Shown piece by piece: positions 1-13,480 of a stretch of DNA of 64,000 nt. The notes beneath the pieces are model-generated. The model had not been told where the DNA came from. It saw only the letters and a list, made by a program, of their open reading frames with translations, and made no database searches. How positions within the stretch are numbered: the stretch's first letter is position 1; each line of letters starts with the position of its first letter. Both the position numbers and the translations under genes were made by a program. This DNA is from Antedon mediterranea. Taxonomy: Eukaryota > Animalia > Echinodermata. The stretch is taken from the NCBI RefSeq assembly GCF_964355755.1, contig NC_092680.1, positions 15,757,045 through 15,821,044 on the forward strand. Reading direction: 5' to 3'.

Positions 1-9
1 TATGTTATG

Positions 10-340
10 TTTTTATGTCTTTAGGCACATGCGCCCACGGAATACCAAAAGTAAATTAATCACTGTCCTATCAGATTGGTGGTAATCTCCCGATATAGGG
101 GCTATTTTGTGAACCAGGGTAACACCCTACTTGAATGCTTAACTGGGTTCTTTAAAGTTCACATGGGCTACTTGTGTACACTGGACCTACGGTTTATAGT
201 ACTTATTTGAAATAAGTTGTTCCACCACAAGAACTAGGAGGGACTCACCCACAGACCCATCATGCCGATAATGTTGGCTAATAAAGTACAGTAAATGGTT
301 CCCCTGCCTTACTGCTCGGTTATTGACTCGCTCAATGGCT
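10..340 (-). mobile_element. Degenerate tRNA-derived SINE (Deu/Nin-domain family)
   Basis: Shares ttctttaaagt...tgtgtacactggacctacggtttatagt with the intact copy at 23205-23570. The first ~90 bp recur at ~19940-20030. Confidence 0.65.
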
Positions 341-409
341 CTGAAAAGAATTTACAAACGCATAAATCACTGTCAAAATAGATACTGGTCACATTATCAT
401 TTGTATTAC

Positions 410-3400
410 CTGTCAGCTAGGTAGGCATCAAATCGTTTCTCAGTGCTGATATGAACTGTGAATGGCTGAGGCTCCTGTACATTTTGCCAGTAGCTTTCTA
501 ATGGTGGCGCTGAACGCAGTTGAAATACGAATATTGAGCTGTCTTCGTTTTGTAAAATGTAATCCTTATCAGAATTTACCTTGTTAGCTGTAAAAGATAA
601 CATTGGTTCCAAAGTATCATTGAAATATTTGGTAATACAGCATCTCATTTATATCAGATAAAACATCACATGTGAAACACATGTGATGTTGTAATACCAA
701 ATATTCCTATGATACTTCAGAAATAGATACAGTACTGAGATTAGGCTGATATACAGTATGGTGGCCATTTTGAGGAGTTTTTGCCGTTTCTTTTAACCTA
801 ATTAATTATCTAGTTGTACCATACCTCTATGGGTATAATACACTCTTCATCTGTCCAGTATTGATGATATTTACCTTTCATAAACAACATCTGTCCCTCT
901 GCTCCTAGCGTTATTACTGGTGACCATGGTATGGACAGCTGATATGATTCCGGAAGAAGTATTTCACATATTACATCACCTTTCACTGCATCATATAACA
1001 TTACAGTTCCTGTCTTACACGCTGTTAAAATCTATATAAAACATGATTGATTCTTACATTATTAATTGATTGATTTAATTTGTATTAAAACAGACCAAAA
1101 CATAGAGAACATACATACAGTGAAATTAGAAATAAAGAATGAATGAATGAATACTGTACACATGGAGACACAATTACAAATGGAAGAAAAAATTTATTGA
1201 ATGCCTGGATAATCTAACTATTTCTAATAGGGTCCATAAGCAAAGGGAATCATTTTGGTCCCCCCCCCCCACCCTCCCCTTTTTAACTGCATGTTAATGT
1301 TTTGAACTGGGGTTGGGTCAACCGGCTTAGCTACAGTGATTTAGTTCACTAAGTTGACCCTGGTCTCCCCAAGCTAATGTGATTTAGTTAAGTAAGTTGA
1401 CCCTGGTCTCCCCAAGCTAATGTTTTTTTATAAAATATAAACAACCAAATGAAATATTTCCATTGTTTATGATGCTCTAAAGAAATGTTTATAGTTATTG
1501 TTATAGTCTAGTTGCTCTTGTTTAACCCATAGAACTACAGTACTGTATTTTGAGATTTACAATTAATAATCAGCAAAAATTTGATTCATGATTCTTCTGG
1601 TATTGATCGGTATTGATTTACTTTTATACAGTAGTAGCAAATCTTTATTCCAGTATTAAATTTTCTCTACTCTCTCGCAAAAAAAAATAGAACGTACCAC
1701 TTGAGGAATTAATGGAAAAGTCTGAATGAAGCAAAGCTTTTCAACCTCATAGGTAGACTTCTTCACAATGCTGACGTTCTGTGTTGTTTGTGTACCCCCA
1801 CATGGTATGCTTGTGAGTGAGCCATCACTGCACCCTACAAGGACAATACAAGGCTGTTTTGTGGCATAAGGTGCGTTGGTACCACCAGTGCTTTCACTCA
1901 GAACATTTGGGTTGAGGAACTTTATGTACGTGACAAATCCACTCGATGAAACCTTCTGTACTTTTAAAGGAATACCTACAATTAAAATATACACATTTGT
2001 TTATGATTGGAACATTCTTGTTGTACAGAAAATAGTAAAATGCATTATTAGGTCAAATCATGGAGTAATCAAATTGTTAGTTTTATGACCCCTCGATCAT
2101 AACATTTTGTTTAATTTATAGAAAACCTTATTTCTAATTTCAATTACGAAAGTCAATTACTGTACTGGCTAAAAAAAAAAAATCATAAAAAAAAAAATTC
2201 CCAAGACCAAAAAAATTGTAAGAACATTATTATCACAATAATATCTTAAATGGGATATTTTATTTCCCATGCATACATACCATAGAGCATATCCCATACT
2301 AGCAGCATTCCGTTCTGTAAGCCTATAGCAAGCAATGACGTGCATGGGGTTGTTGAAAGAACAGTGATAGGGCTAGAGTGTGGCCATACCATTTCAGGTT
2401 TATGTTCTATGTCTGAAAATAATTAAAAAAAAATCTTTCTGCTAGCAAATTAATATTATAAGGGGAGGGGTAAAGTACTACAGTATATAGTACTTTGAAG
2501 ACACCACTGTATTATTACATTTTTACATATTGGCCAAATTAGACGCTCAATGACAAGTTAAAGTTTGGTAATACTGTACAGTATTATAATGACAATTTGA
2601 TGAAACCTCCCTAAAAGAGGTTTTGAAACAGCAGTATCAATACAGTATCAAATACAGTATTTTATCAACAGGATACTGTAATAGGATATGCGGCAGAAAC
2701 AGACCCTTATTGTCCTTGCTTCAATATATTTAAAAAATTATCCAACATTTAAATAAATACAGGTCGGTTACAGTAGTAGACAAGCATTCAGTTTCACTAT
2801 AGGTTAACAATCATTCTAAAAATTCAAACTGACTTCAAGTTTGAAAAAAATTAAACAATTTAGAGGATAAATAAATCATTGTTGACGGGTAAATCAAGAC
2901 GAAAATGATTTTTGAAAACTTGTTAGCATTTAATTATCTCAAGTTTGACACTTTTATACATGAATATCAGATAAGTCATAAAGAAAATTGAGTGAGAAAT
3001 GGCAGGACTAGCTAAGCATATTTTTGATGAACATTCTCCACTGAGACACAAACAATGTCTACAAGGAATATTTTCTTATCTTATGTGTAAAAATACTGAA
3101 ATAATTTTTTTTTAAATAGGTCGATATGCAAGTGTTCTAGTTTTAGTAATCCATTTGGGAGGAACATAGGGCCCTGGGGTTGTTTTTGTTATGACCCCCT
3201 AAGTTTTATCAATGCCTAAAACATGCTTTACAAAATTTGTAGACCATTATATGTAGGGCTTCTTTAGAAAAACTAGTATTTATACATCAATGACGTTTAT
3301 GACATAGAACAACAACTAAAGCCGATTTTCCAATCGAAAGCATCAGATTAATACGCTTGTATTTTAATCTTCCAAATCCCTCTCTGTGACGAATTCTAGT

Positions 3401-6400
3401 TCCTTGCGTTTTTTGCTTTAGCAAAATTGATAGTTTTAATTGTTTCTACTCTCTTGCGAAGCGCACAATTCCACAACCAATCACAGTTGAGGACTTGAGC
3501 ACTCGTGCGAATCGAAAAGCTCAGAGCACTCGTGCGAATCGAAAAGCTCAGAAGATACGCAATGAACATGAAAATCACAGATATTAGCTCTTGTAGTGGA
3601 AAGGGTAGCACAATCAGTTTTGACCCCTCTTTGAAACAAAGGAAACATTGCAATATAACCAAAATACAATAATTAAATGTACCTTTTGCTTGTTTTAACA
3701 GGCTATAGTGGTATAGGTTTGTTGAGCCAGACCAAGCCACTGCAATGCTGTTTGGTCGTCCTGTGTTTGCTGGCAATTCTAATCCTACAGGTAGCATTCT
3801 GCCAGCATTCAGAAAGACGCATAATGATTGTGGTCTGTATTAAGATGAAAGTAATATTAAAGATTTATTGCCCCCCTGAAAAAATATTTTTTTGAAATTT
3901 GTTTATTGAATATGCCATTTTAATGTCACATAATGAAAAAACTGTAATTTAAAGCACAAAATAGTCAAACTGGATGCCAGCCAATGGGTTTTTGGTAGAA
4001 TTTAACTGTTTATTTTGTCATTTTATAAGTGAAAACATTATTTTTCGGGATTCTTTTTCTACGGAAGTGATTAACTTTGTTAAAAAAAACAAAATTACAT
4101 ACAGTATTCAAAGTCTGATTTTAATAATCTTCATTTGTCATCTTAAAAATTAAAATTATTTTTGTTGTTTAGCATTGCGATAATGATTTAGAGGAAGACA
4201 TTATCAATCATTGGAATCTCACACATAAAATGAAAATTATCCACTTTACTGTATGTGGCCGTGTACAATATGTTAGTTTGGTTAAAAGATTGCCTACACA
4301 TGTACTATTTGACTATCACATTCAGATTATGAAAGCTAGTAATGAGGGTCTACTGTAGTTTATCCATTTTCATATGGAATTCCGGGATTATTGTCATAAA
4401 GCTAAATTAAAAACATTCTCCACCTTGTTGGTGTTTTTGCTTCTTCATCTTTGCGCAAACATTTGAGATCTCTTTCATGAAGGTGTTGGAAAACAGTTGA
4501 CCTGAGGTCACAGTGAGCTTCTGTGATAAGATGTTTAGCTCCAGATCCAAGAATAACGCCATCATCAAGCTTGCTCAAAGCCACTTGAGGTGTACAGTTT
4601 GCAGTACCTTCATTTTTAAAAAGAAAATTGTTATAATAAATGCCATCATTACTCAAAAAACTGTAATTTGTATTAGTAATATATTTCATGACATATGCAA
4701 TGAAAGAAATAATATACTATCCATCCACACTATAACATAACATATCTCATTATTGGTATCAATTCCAGTAAAAAAAATAATATAAATGAAAAGCAATAGA
4801 CAGAATCTAAACCTTAAGCTCTGTCTACACTAGCAAACTTTATATCGTGTCCATATATCGACACGATGTCATATCAGTACCATATTTGGGCATATAACTA
4901 TCATATTTGGGCATATAACTACCATATTTGGGCATATAACTACCATATTTGGGCACATCACACTTTTTTGTCAAACTAGTGTGATAGTGTAGACAGAGCT
5001 TAACAATTGTGGCAGATACCTTGTAGTAGAAAAATAAGAAACATGGCACTGCAGTAAACCAAACATTATTCATGCACAATTTTACCTGTAAATGGTGGAG
5101 GTGGTTTTACTCTCAGAATGTGTACAGGTCTTGAGAGATTGCTTAGATTCATTGCTTTGGCATCTGAAGTCTTTGATTCTGTCACGATATCCATACTTTG
5201 AGTACGGGATAATGGAATCTGTTGATGTACAAAAACATTTTTAGCTGACTAAAGGCTCAGTACATTGAGACCATTTTGCAAAAAGCAGAGTTTTATTCAG
5301 TAGAGTTGGATAAGCTCTCTAAAGTAAGCTACTTTGAAACAGTTATCATTTAACTATGACTTTTGGGTCAAGTCAAGTTATACTGAGTTCCGAATGTATC
5401 CCCACCTCGGGTATAAATCCACCCATGACTTTAAGATCATCTTCTTATACAATCATATCCCCAGGTAAAGTCCCAGTGGACAGGGGTCATAGGCTGACGT
5501 TGATTTTGCTTTGATATATATATATGTATATATGACTTAAGGGCCAGTGTCGCCGGAAAGCTCTGCTAATTTTTCTGACTGTTTTGATTTAGCTTTTTTC
5601 TTATTTTATTTTATATCTCCATTGAGATCCAGAGCATTGTCATTTTTGTTTTGCCTTTGGATTTTAAAATATTATTTACCTTTGATTGATTCAACTGTAG
5701 CAAAAAGAGGAAACAATCAAAGAAAGCATTGTGGGAGTAAACTGCAGCTTCCACAATCACACCACACTGTTTGATTGATATATGATGTACTCACTTGTGA
5801 TTTGCTTGTTGACCTCTCCAACGGCACACCACTTATATGGTCCGAGGGATCACTTACATCAATAGGTTGGTCACCAACTGCATCCTATGGCATCAAACGA
5901 AATCAAGGATAAGTAAATGAATGCATGATATGCTGATATCTTGCAGCCTCAAATATTGACTACTGGCACAGTCAACTGTATACTGATTAAATAGTTATTT
6001 ACATGCATGGTTGACCATGCTTATAGATAGATTTATATGCACATGTCAAAAATAGCATATCAAACTGTAAAGCTCTGTCTCCACTATCAAATTAGTTTGA
6101 CAAAAAAATGTGATGTGACCAACTGGTAGTGATATGCGTAAATATGGTAGAGATATGACATCATCATGTCCATACTTATGGGCACATCACATTTTTTGTC
6201 AGAAAGTTTGGTAGTGTAGACAGAGCTTTAGTGTAAAATGTAACATAATTCTACTGTACATGTGCTTGTTCCATTCTAGTCTTTGCTTGGCTTCCATGTT
6301 TCAGTGCATTGTTGGCAGCTGTTTCCAATTCCTGTTGCCAGTTGTCTCTGGGAACTTTGTACACATCTAGCCATACCTCATCATTGCCTAACATTTTCAA

Positions 6401-8133
6401 AACAAATATGTTAAATAAATGCTTAAGTCTAAGTAATTGATTAATCAACGAGCATTTTAGTTGGTTTTAAAAAGGTATGAGGTACGTGTCTTAAAAGAAC
6501 CTAGTTCATCTTTCGGAAGAGTGATGGCTAAAACAGTGGCGACCCCACATCCAATAACAAGATGACATCTTGGATGCATCATCTGCTTGTGATATACTGT
6601 AAGCTATGCTGATCATCCTCTAGAATTTAGAAAGCTTTAAGATATGTTAAACTGAATTCTTCAAACATACAGATACACTATTCCCTCAAATAGGTTCAAC
6701 TCAATAACACACTTTTTTGCACAAAACATTTAAAACAATTAAAAATATAAAAGTTTGAAGGACATTGTGTTCAACTAGACAAAAATCTAAAACAACTTCT
6801 TCGTTTACCACCAGTCATAGATACAGCCATATAGTCTGCCTCATTTGATAGAGTTACTCCTGTTGCTTGCGCTTTCATTCCATCTTGATCATTTAAAATT
6901 CTGAATAAGTGAATGCCACCGAATGCATAAAAAAACATTCTCAGGATACCTGAAAGTTTAAAAAAAACATTGTTAAATATTTCATTCAAATTTAAATTTT
7001 GTAGGCCTTAATAGAAATTACCATTACTTTTTATTTTAGACTTTTTTTCCCAACATTCATGAATATTCTAACGCAACTCCAGGCCCCACTAATCAACTCA
7101 AAATTTGCCACAGAAGTTGAAATCGAACGGGCAATAAAATAGGTAAAATGTTTAGAGTTAAGAATTCTATATTTTAAAAGAAATATTACCTAATTCATCA
7201 ATAGTGGTAACTAAATACATTTGGACTCCAATCAGCGAGATTTCCAATACGCTAATCGCAACATCTTGTTCCCAATTTGCTAAAATAATATGTTGTGTTG
7301 CATCAAGGACTGCGAGTCCAGTAGGTAAACCAACAAATATATAGCGACCATCTGGGCTCTCTTTTAGACATGTTCCTTTTCCAAGATCCTATTAAGAAAA
7401 CACACACATTTATAAGAATATTATGCGAGTAGAGATCAGGTATCAACTGAGTTTTGATAGGTCAGTTAAAAAAAGGTCATGCATGCAACATACTTTTTGC
7501 AGTTAATTCAATACTGACTCATTTTAGCAACTGGCATAATGTGGTTAAGGATCTGAGGGTTATGTATTATTTTAATTTTCTGATTATTTTTCCTAATTTT
7601 TTTCCCCTTTTTTGAGAAACAAACAGCAGATCCGATCGTCTTTATTTACCGTTAATACAAACACAAACAGCGTGGTAGTTTTTTATCCTCATGAGGTCAA
7701 AATGAGGTTGAGCCCGGGAGAGCCATGATATTATGATGATCCATATATAAACAAACAGTACATGATCAGATGAAACGTTTTTTATAACAAACAAACAAAC
7801 AATATAATAAAAAATTGGCAATTTTCAATTTGGCCAAGTAACAAACAATATAAAACAAATACCAGTAGTAGGTACCTCTAATTGAATTGCATCCTCGCAT
7901 TGTGTTGGCTTATAACGAGCAGCTTCTTCGACTCTAACCTCTTCACGGATGCTAAGTTGCTCCCAGGCCCGGTCAAATATTTGCACCAATAGTTTATTTA
8001 TCAATCGAAACGGCTGAGGAAGTGGATCCCGTAACTGATCAGGATCGGCGAGGAAGTCATCTTCATCGCTTGATAAATTGGTCAAAGTATCAGGTGTTAT
8101 TGACATTAAATTCTTGCGAACGTAAACAGGCAT
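410..8133 (-). CDS. WDR93: WD repeat-containing protein 93 (multi-exon, 3' end beyond window start)
   Basis: Phase-consistent GT-AG exons read by eye: 8133-7876, 7388-7190, 6949-6809, 6387-6260, 5884-5795, 5218-5086, 4607-4424, 3834-3683, 2412-2281, 1975-1698, 1031-875, 587-410. Peptides recall WDR93: DPDQLRDPLPQPFRLINKL, WLDVYKVPRDNW, RVKPPPPFTG, LGSGAKHLI, PEMVWPHSSPI, LSIPWSPV, EKRFDAYL. Confidence 0.9.
1337..1422. repeat. Two-copy ~39-bp tandem repeat
   Basis: gtgatttagtt..taagttgaccctggtctccccaagctaatgt occurs twice in tandem. Confidence 0.8.
3498..3552. repeat. Two-copy 27-bp tandem repeat
   Basis: agcactcgtgcgaatcgaaaagctcag x2. Confidence 0.85.
4817..5000. mobile_element. MITE with internal 21-bp minisatellite
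   Basis: TIRs agctctgtctacacta / tagtgtagacagagct in a TA-rich context. Internal (accatatttgggcatataact) repeated ~3.5 times. Confidence 0.8.
6071..6227. mobile_element. MITE, same family as 4817-5000, opposite orientation
   Basis: TIRs agctctgtctccacta / tagtgtagacagagct. Shares the internal gcacatcaca..ttttgtca segment. Confidence 0.75.
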
Positions 8134-8794
8134 TTTCAGTTTAATATGTACGAAGACATGCAATGTAAGGTTTACCAGAAGATTGTTGATTTGAACTGCA
8201 ATTTTAGCTTAAAATTGTCTTACGAATCTGAAGTAAAGCTTGCTGTTGCTCGGCAGCCATCAACATTGCTTATTGTGGTGTCAAAGGTCATGCACTCAAG
8301 TTCAGTGATGCAGAACCACCATAACACAACTTTAGTTGAGTTGGAGTGTCTTTCCTCCTTTGTTTGTCATCCATGCAGCACAGCCTAGCAAATTTAATTA
8401 ATTTAAATAATTCACTGCTAATTAACTGATAAAAACATCGCTTAGTAGTAGACGCAAGCTAATTATTTGTAAGGCATGCGTTCTTATTCAGCTTCTTATT
8501 AGGCCAGCTAGGCAGGCCCCTCTCTACTCTTCTACTTTTTACTTTTCTAAGCAGCATGCACCAGCAAGGAGATTGCATGGGGGTGCTGGTCAACTCGTAC
8601 CCAAACGAATCCGTACTTCATTTACAGATAGAAACAAGATATTAGACACATAGCTACATCCATTACATGTACGATATTTACTTTCCCTATACGAGTGTCA
8701 AGAGCCTCGTTAGCAAATGTAGGCCTATACCATTTTAATTTTGTTGTACTTGGGCCTAACCAATAAATAACCTTATATTCTATTTTATTTACAG
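8134..8794. promoter_or_regulatory. Probable bidirectional promoter/5' UTR region of WDR93 and LINS1
   Basis: Divergent start codons at 8133 (-) and 8801 (+) are only 667 bp apart. The LINS1 ATG follows a splice acceptor (tttacag, 8794), so a non-coding first exon probably lies in this interval. Confidence 0.55.
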
Positions 8795-8800
8795 AATGTA

Positions 8801-11800
8801 ATGGATGAAATCAACGACATAGTAATCAAGAATGCATGCCTTGCCAAAACGAAAGGTTTACTTCTTCATAAATTTTCTGAAGCACTCAAAACCATCACCA
8901 TACCCCCTCAGCCATCTGAAAACACTAGTAACAATACATGTACCTCCAGAAACAGTAACTACCACCTTAAACTATTGGTGTTATCAAGCTTGGATATGCT
9001 AGCAAGTAGAGGTGGATGCAACTCAGCAGAGTCTATCTTGAGAAATCTCATTCAGGAACAAAAGCTTATTGAAATTTTGGTAGGTTTTAAATTAAGATAT
9101 ATTGCCCCCCTGAAATTGTTGTTGAATAATGCTAGACCAGGATGAAGTTAAGATGGGTGACATCCGGCTTTTTACATTTCTGTGACAAGCTATCCTTTGT
9201 GACCAATTTTCACCTACAGTACTTGTCAGTCATTCGATTCTGTTTCGAGCTGTCGCGTGTTTACATCAATCACATGACCAAAATAATGTTACGGCTTTCT
9301 TACTTTAGTAAAACATAAAGAAATGATAAGCCTGAAAATAATTAACTATAATTGCAATGTATATTACCTATACTAGCAGCGGTTTTTTGTCCACTCCAAT
9401 AGCCCGGATGTACACAATGATTATGGTACAAAAATGCTATCATTTCCGAGCCAGATTACACCAATCTTAATTTCCTGATCTATGCCATTTTAATGTCATT
9501 TAGTATAACTTTAACCAAAAACATACATCTTTAAAACTAATTCTTCAAACAAGTAAAGTAGATTAAATTAAGATTTAGAGTATCAAGGGTATGTCAGGTA
9601 GACAATCAACTTTGTATAAAAAATGTTAACAGTATACTGTTTCATTTATGTTGTCATTATCTTTAGTATTTTCATAATACAATGCTCATGATTGGTTGTC
9701 ATCATTATCAATCATGATAATACTATTTTCATTTTTATTATTATAAATATTATTATTATTATATTATTGTTTTCCATTTTAATTCTTTCAGATCAATTGC
9801 CTTAGTGACAATGATGCATTTGTGGCATATAGTGCATGTAAAGCAACAGCTACTCTTCTTTGTTCTCTGAAATCTCTGGTAATTATTTTATTTTTGGTAC
9901 ATATTTTAATGAAAAATTAATCTCTAATCTACTGCCAGGGTTGTGTAACTCATGACTTATTCAACTCCACTTTATAATAAGTGTGATAGATTATAAAATA
10001 GTTTATCCATCTTCAAATTGTTTAATTGTATTTTTTTTGTAGGATTTCTATAAGCTTGCTGATTCACTGATAACCAATTCATTCAACAAGTATAAGTCAA
10101 TTGAGATGTATGAATCATGTAAAGGTGAAATGCAAAAAAAGACTGTCTATCCCTGGGAAGTTGTGACCACTGTACTCAACAGAATCGGCACACAAGAAAA
10201 CAAGGCTAAGTCATGTTGCATGAATGATGGTTATCAGCCTGGTCCTGAAAATGGTCTAATAATATTTGCTTATATTTTGTCTTAAATTTAATGTGAAAAC
10301 ATTCTCAAAATGTTTACAGAATTACAGCAATATAAAATAAATTCATCTGGTTCCGAATATAACTGGAAAATTATTAGTTTTATACCAATTGTGTATGTAT
10401 TTTTTGGTTCAACATAAAATTAATAATTTTTCAGTTAAGAATTAGAGCACGTTCATTATCACCATTAGATAAGGCTATTCCCAATTGTCACACATGAAGC
10501 GTAATTGACATCGAGTTCGAACAATACCATGAAAGCCCCAGTGGTCTAATGGTTAGGACATCTGCATATCAAGCAGGCGGTCCGAGTTCGAGTCTCGGTT
10601 GGGGCGACTTTTTCTCATTCTCACAGATTTCCTCATCTTTATCGTTTCAAATTAATTAATTAAATTTCAGTATATCACCGGGCGGTTTAGAATTAATGTT
10701 CTTTGCCTATTGTGTTTATATATATAAAAGTATCTCTTCGGAGATCCCGTCTCGTGAATAAAAATACTGAAAGATGAGGGCGTATCAATTTGATCTCTGT
10801 TGCGCGTGCGTACAACTGAGGACTACTGCTGTTCCGCCGTACCACGCCGAGAATGTTACAGAGTCGTTATCCAATCGAGTTCGAACAATACCATGAAAGC
10901 CCCAGTGGTCTAATGGTTAGGACATCTGCATATCAAGCAGGCGGTCCGAGTTCGAGTCTCGGTTGGGGCGACTTTTTCTCATTCTCACAGATTTCCTCAT
11001 CTTTATCGTTTCAAATTAATTAATTAAATTTCAGTATATCACCGGGCGGTTTGGAATTAATGTTCTTTGCCTATTGTGTTTATATATATATATATACTTA
11101 CTTTTGAACCATAATAGTATTACAACATTTATGTTATTGTTTTAGGTTTTATAACTTATTGCTGTAAGACGGTGCTTGAATTACTTAACAATCCAGAAGA
11201 ATATAACACCATATGTTACATGATAGAGGATAGTAGCAAACAAGAGGATGAGAATGAGAACTGCTTAATGTCTATACTGTTACTTATTGAAGCGAGTCTT
11301 AAATACGCAATCAAGAATCTGACTGAAGATGTAGTATCCATCCTGAAAAGTTGTGAAAGCTTCTTTGCGTGTATCGCAGATAGTCTCAACAGATGTATCA
11401 ATCCACTTGTCTATAAGAAAATACTGGACATGCTAAATGTCTACCTTTTCAACATGAATGAAAATGAGAAACTCAAATGCACAGTTATATTATCAACCAA
11501 ACTGCTGTCTATGACCAAGGGTGACCTGTTTGAAAATGCTCCATACAAAAATGTATACATGGCGTTTGGTGGATCTGTTTTTAGTGATTATTCAAATCTT
11601 GGAGATGAACATCAAAAAGGAGATATGGAAATGTTGAGGAAGCTGTCTGTGCTGGTTGTTAAAAACTGTGAGGTGATAAACATGACATCTTCACTTACAA
11701 ACTTACATTCTGATGTAACTAAAAGTTTTAACAAACTTTCACGTTATGTAAATTCAAAATTAGGTTTCAAATCAAACACCATTTGTGATTGGCTATTCCA

Positions 11801-12998
11801 CCTGTATGCTGATAATGATGCTAGTCTTATTTGTATAATGTTCTTGCTGTTAAGAATACATAATCAGAGTTTATCAACTGACATTAAATCAGATCCACAT
11901 GAAGTGTTTCAAAGATTCCTAAAGACAGTTGCTTATGATCATAGCGTTTTGCTGGATCTGTTGATTTCAGATGAAACTGAATTTTTAGCTTATTTTGTGC
12001 AATATTTGCATACAGTTGTTTCCAGTTGGTCGGCTTTTAAGGAACTTCATTCAAATTTAGATTTACCAAGCACAGATAATGAAGTATATAAAACAAAACC
12101 AGAAGATATACCTAGTGTAAGTAAAGGAACAGTAATGAATAACTCATGGCAAAGAGAAGAGAATGAACCAACAGGAATTATAATTAAACCAGAAAAAAAT
12201 CAAAATATTGATAAAGATTTAGAATGTTTAAACAAAGAACATGAAACACTTGATTCCACACCATATAACATTGATGGTTTGATAAAAGAAAGTCAGAACG
12301 AATTTGAAGATGGAACAAAGCATTCTAAAATAGAGGCTTTGAAAAGAGATCATGATGATAATAATGTCATGAATGAATTAGGTGAAATGGATAAAAAAGC
12401 TAGATATTCAGTGAACTATGAAGGTAGTGGCTTGCCAATTGGTGATGCTACTACAGTTTCTTCTAAAGTACATTGTAGTGACAGTAAGCCTTCAAACCAG
12501 TGTACTGGTGACCTGGAGTTTGTAAACCAGTGTACTGGTGACATTGGGCCTGTAAACCGGTGTACTGGTGACATTGGGCCTGTAAACCAGTGTACTGGTG
12601 ACAGTGAGACTGTAAACCAGTTTACTGGTGACAGTGAGACTGCAAACCAGTGTACTGGTGACAGCAAGACTGCAAACCAGTGTACTGGTGACCTGGAATC
12701 TGGAAACCAGTGTACTGGTGACATTTTAATGAGTACTCCTCTGGTTCTTACCTCTAGCAATGATAATATAGATATCACCACAAAAGTTGACGTCATCGGC
12801 TTAAATGATAGCTCTGATAATGATAGCTTTGATAATGATTCAGACGATGATGATTCCTCATTAGATAAAACAATGACCACTTTGATAAGGTTAAGACTGT
12901 CGATTGAGAGAATGGTCAATCGGAGGTTATTTCCTTTTCATGTGAACTCACTACTGAAATTATTAGAGAATGTCGAAGGATTGTATGAAAATCAGTAA
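8801..12998 (+). CDS. LINS1: Protein Lines homolog (Lines_N and Lines_C regions), ~809 aa
   Basis: Phase-consistent exons 8801-9079, 9792-9878, 10043-10253, 11146-12998. Lines-like motifs: LRKLSVLVVK, WLFHLYADND, DPHEVFQRFLKTVAYDHSVLLDLLISDETEFLAYFVQYL, and C-terminal LIRLRLSIERMVNRRLFPFHVNSLLKLLE. Confidence 0.9.
10535..10606 (+). tRNA. tRNA-like gene, anticodon ATC (Asp-reading), copy 1; possibly repeat-borne or pseudo
   Basis: 72-nt cloverleaf: acceptor GCCCCAG/TTGGGGC, D stem GTCT/GGAC, anticodon stem TCTGC/GCAGG with loop ATATCAA, T stem CCGAG/CTCGG with loop TTCGAGT, discriminator G, followed by TTTTT. Confidence 0.65.
10899..10970 (+). tRNA. tRNA-like gene, anticodon ATC, copy 2 (identical)
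   Basis: Identical 72-nt cloverleaf 364 bp downstream of copy 1, also followed by a T-run. Confidence 0.65.
12464..12724 (+). repeat. Coding 30-bp minisatellite (NQCTGDxxxx x8) in LINS1
   Basis: aaaccagtgtactggtgac core every 30 bp from 12494 to 12704, plus a degenerate unit at ~12464. Confidence 0.95.
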
Positions 12999-13256
12999 TT
13001 TAATTATTTCTATCAACAGTTTAGAAGAAAAAATCAGAATTAAGTGAAAAAAATAATGATGGAATAGTATATAGTAGAGGGATTTTTTTTCATAAAATGG
13101 CCTAATTTCGACCTTTTTATTTTTCTGGTTACTAAATAGAATAATTGACATGCGTAGAACACATAATTTAACTCTGTGCATGTTAATTATGATATAGTAA
13201 AGCAGTTATGTAAAAAAATAAAATGGTTGAAAATGTTAACCCTTTTATTGGTCTGG

Positions 13257-13480
13257 TCTGCAAACCAGTGTACTGGTGACCTGGAGTCGGAAAACCATTG
13301 TACTGGTGACATTGAGTTTTTAAACCAGTTTACTGGTGACCTGGAGTCTGCAAACCAGTGTACTAGTGACATTGAGTGTGTAAACCAGTGTACTGGTGAC
13401 TTGGAGTCTGTAAACCAGTGTACTGGTGACTTGGAGTCTGTAAACCAGTTTACTGGTGACTGGAGTCTGTAGAACAGTGT
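13257..13480 (+). repeat. Second array of the same 30-bp minisatellite, 3' of the LINS1 stop
   Basis: Seven units at 13262-13442 plus a degenerate eighth. Confidence 0.95.

Larger units (their letters stand above)
10510..11096 (+). repeat. 364-bp-period tRNA-containing repeat (~1.6 units), each unit ending in (TA)n
   Basis: 10510-~10727 and 10874-~11096 are near-identical direct repeats separated by a ~146-bp CpG-containing segment. Confidence 0.85.

Noticed and set aside
12416-12919. 167-aa antisense ORF with SPVHWF repeats (also 13187-13372)
   Set aside because: A by-product of the stop-free near-palindromic minisatellite opposite the LINS1 CDS.
13176-13472. 98-aa ORF of NQCTGD repeats as a separate gene
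   Set aside because: Non-ATG start, lies in the presumptive LINS1 3' UTR, and is explained by the duplicated minisatellite.
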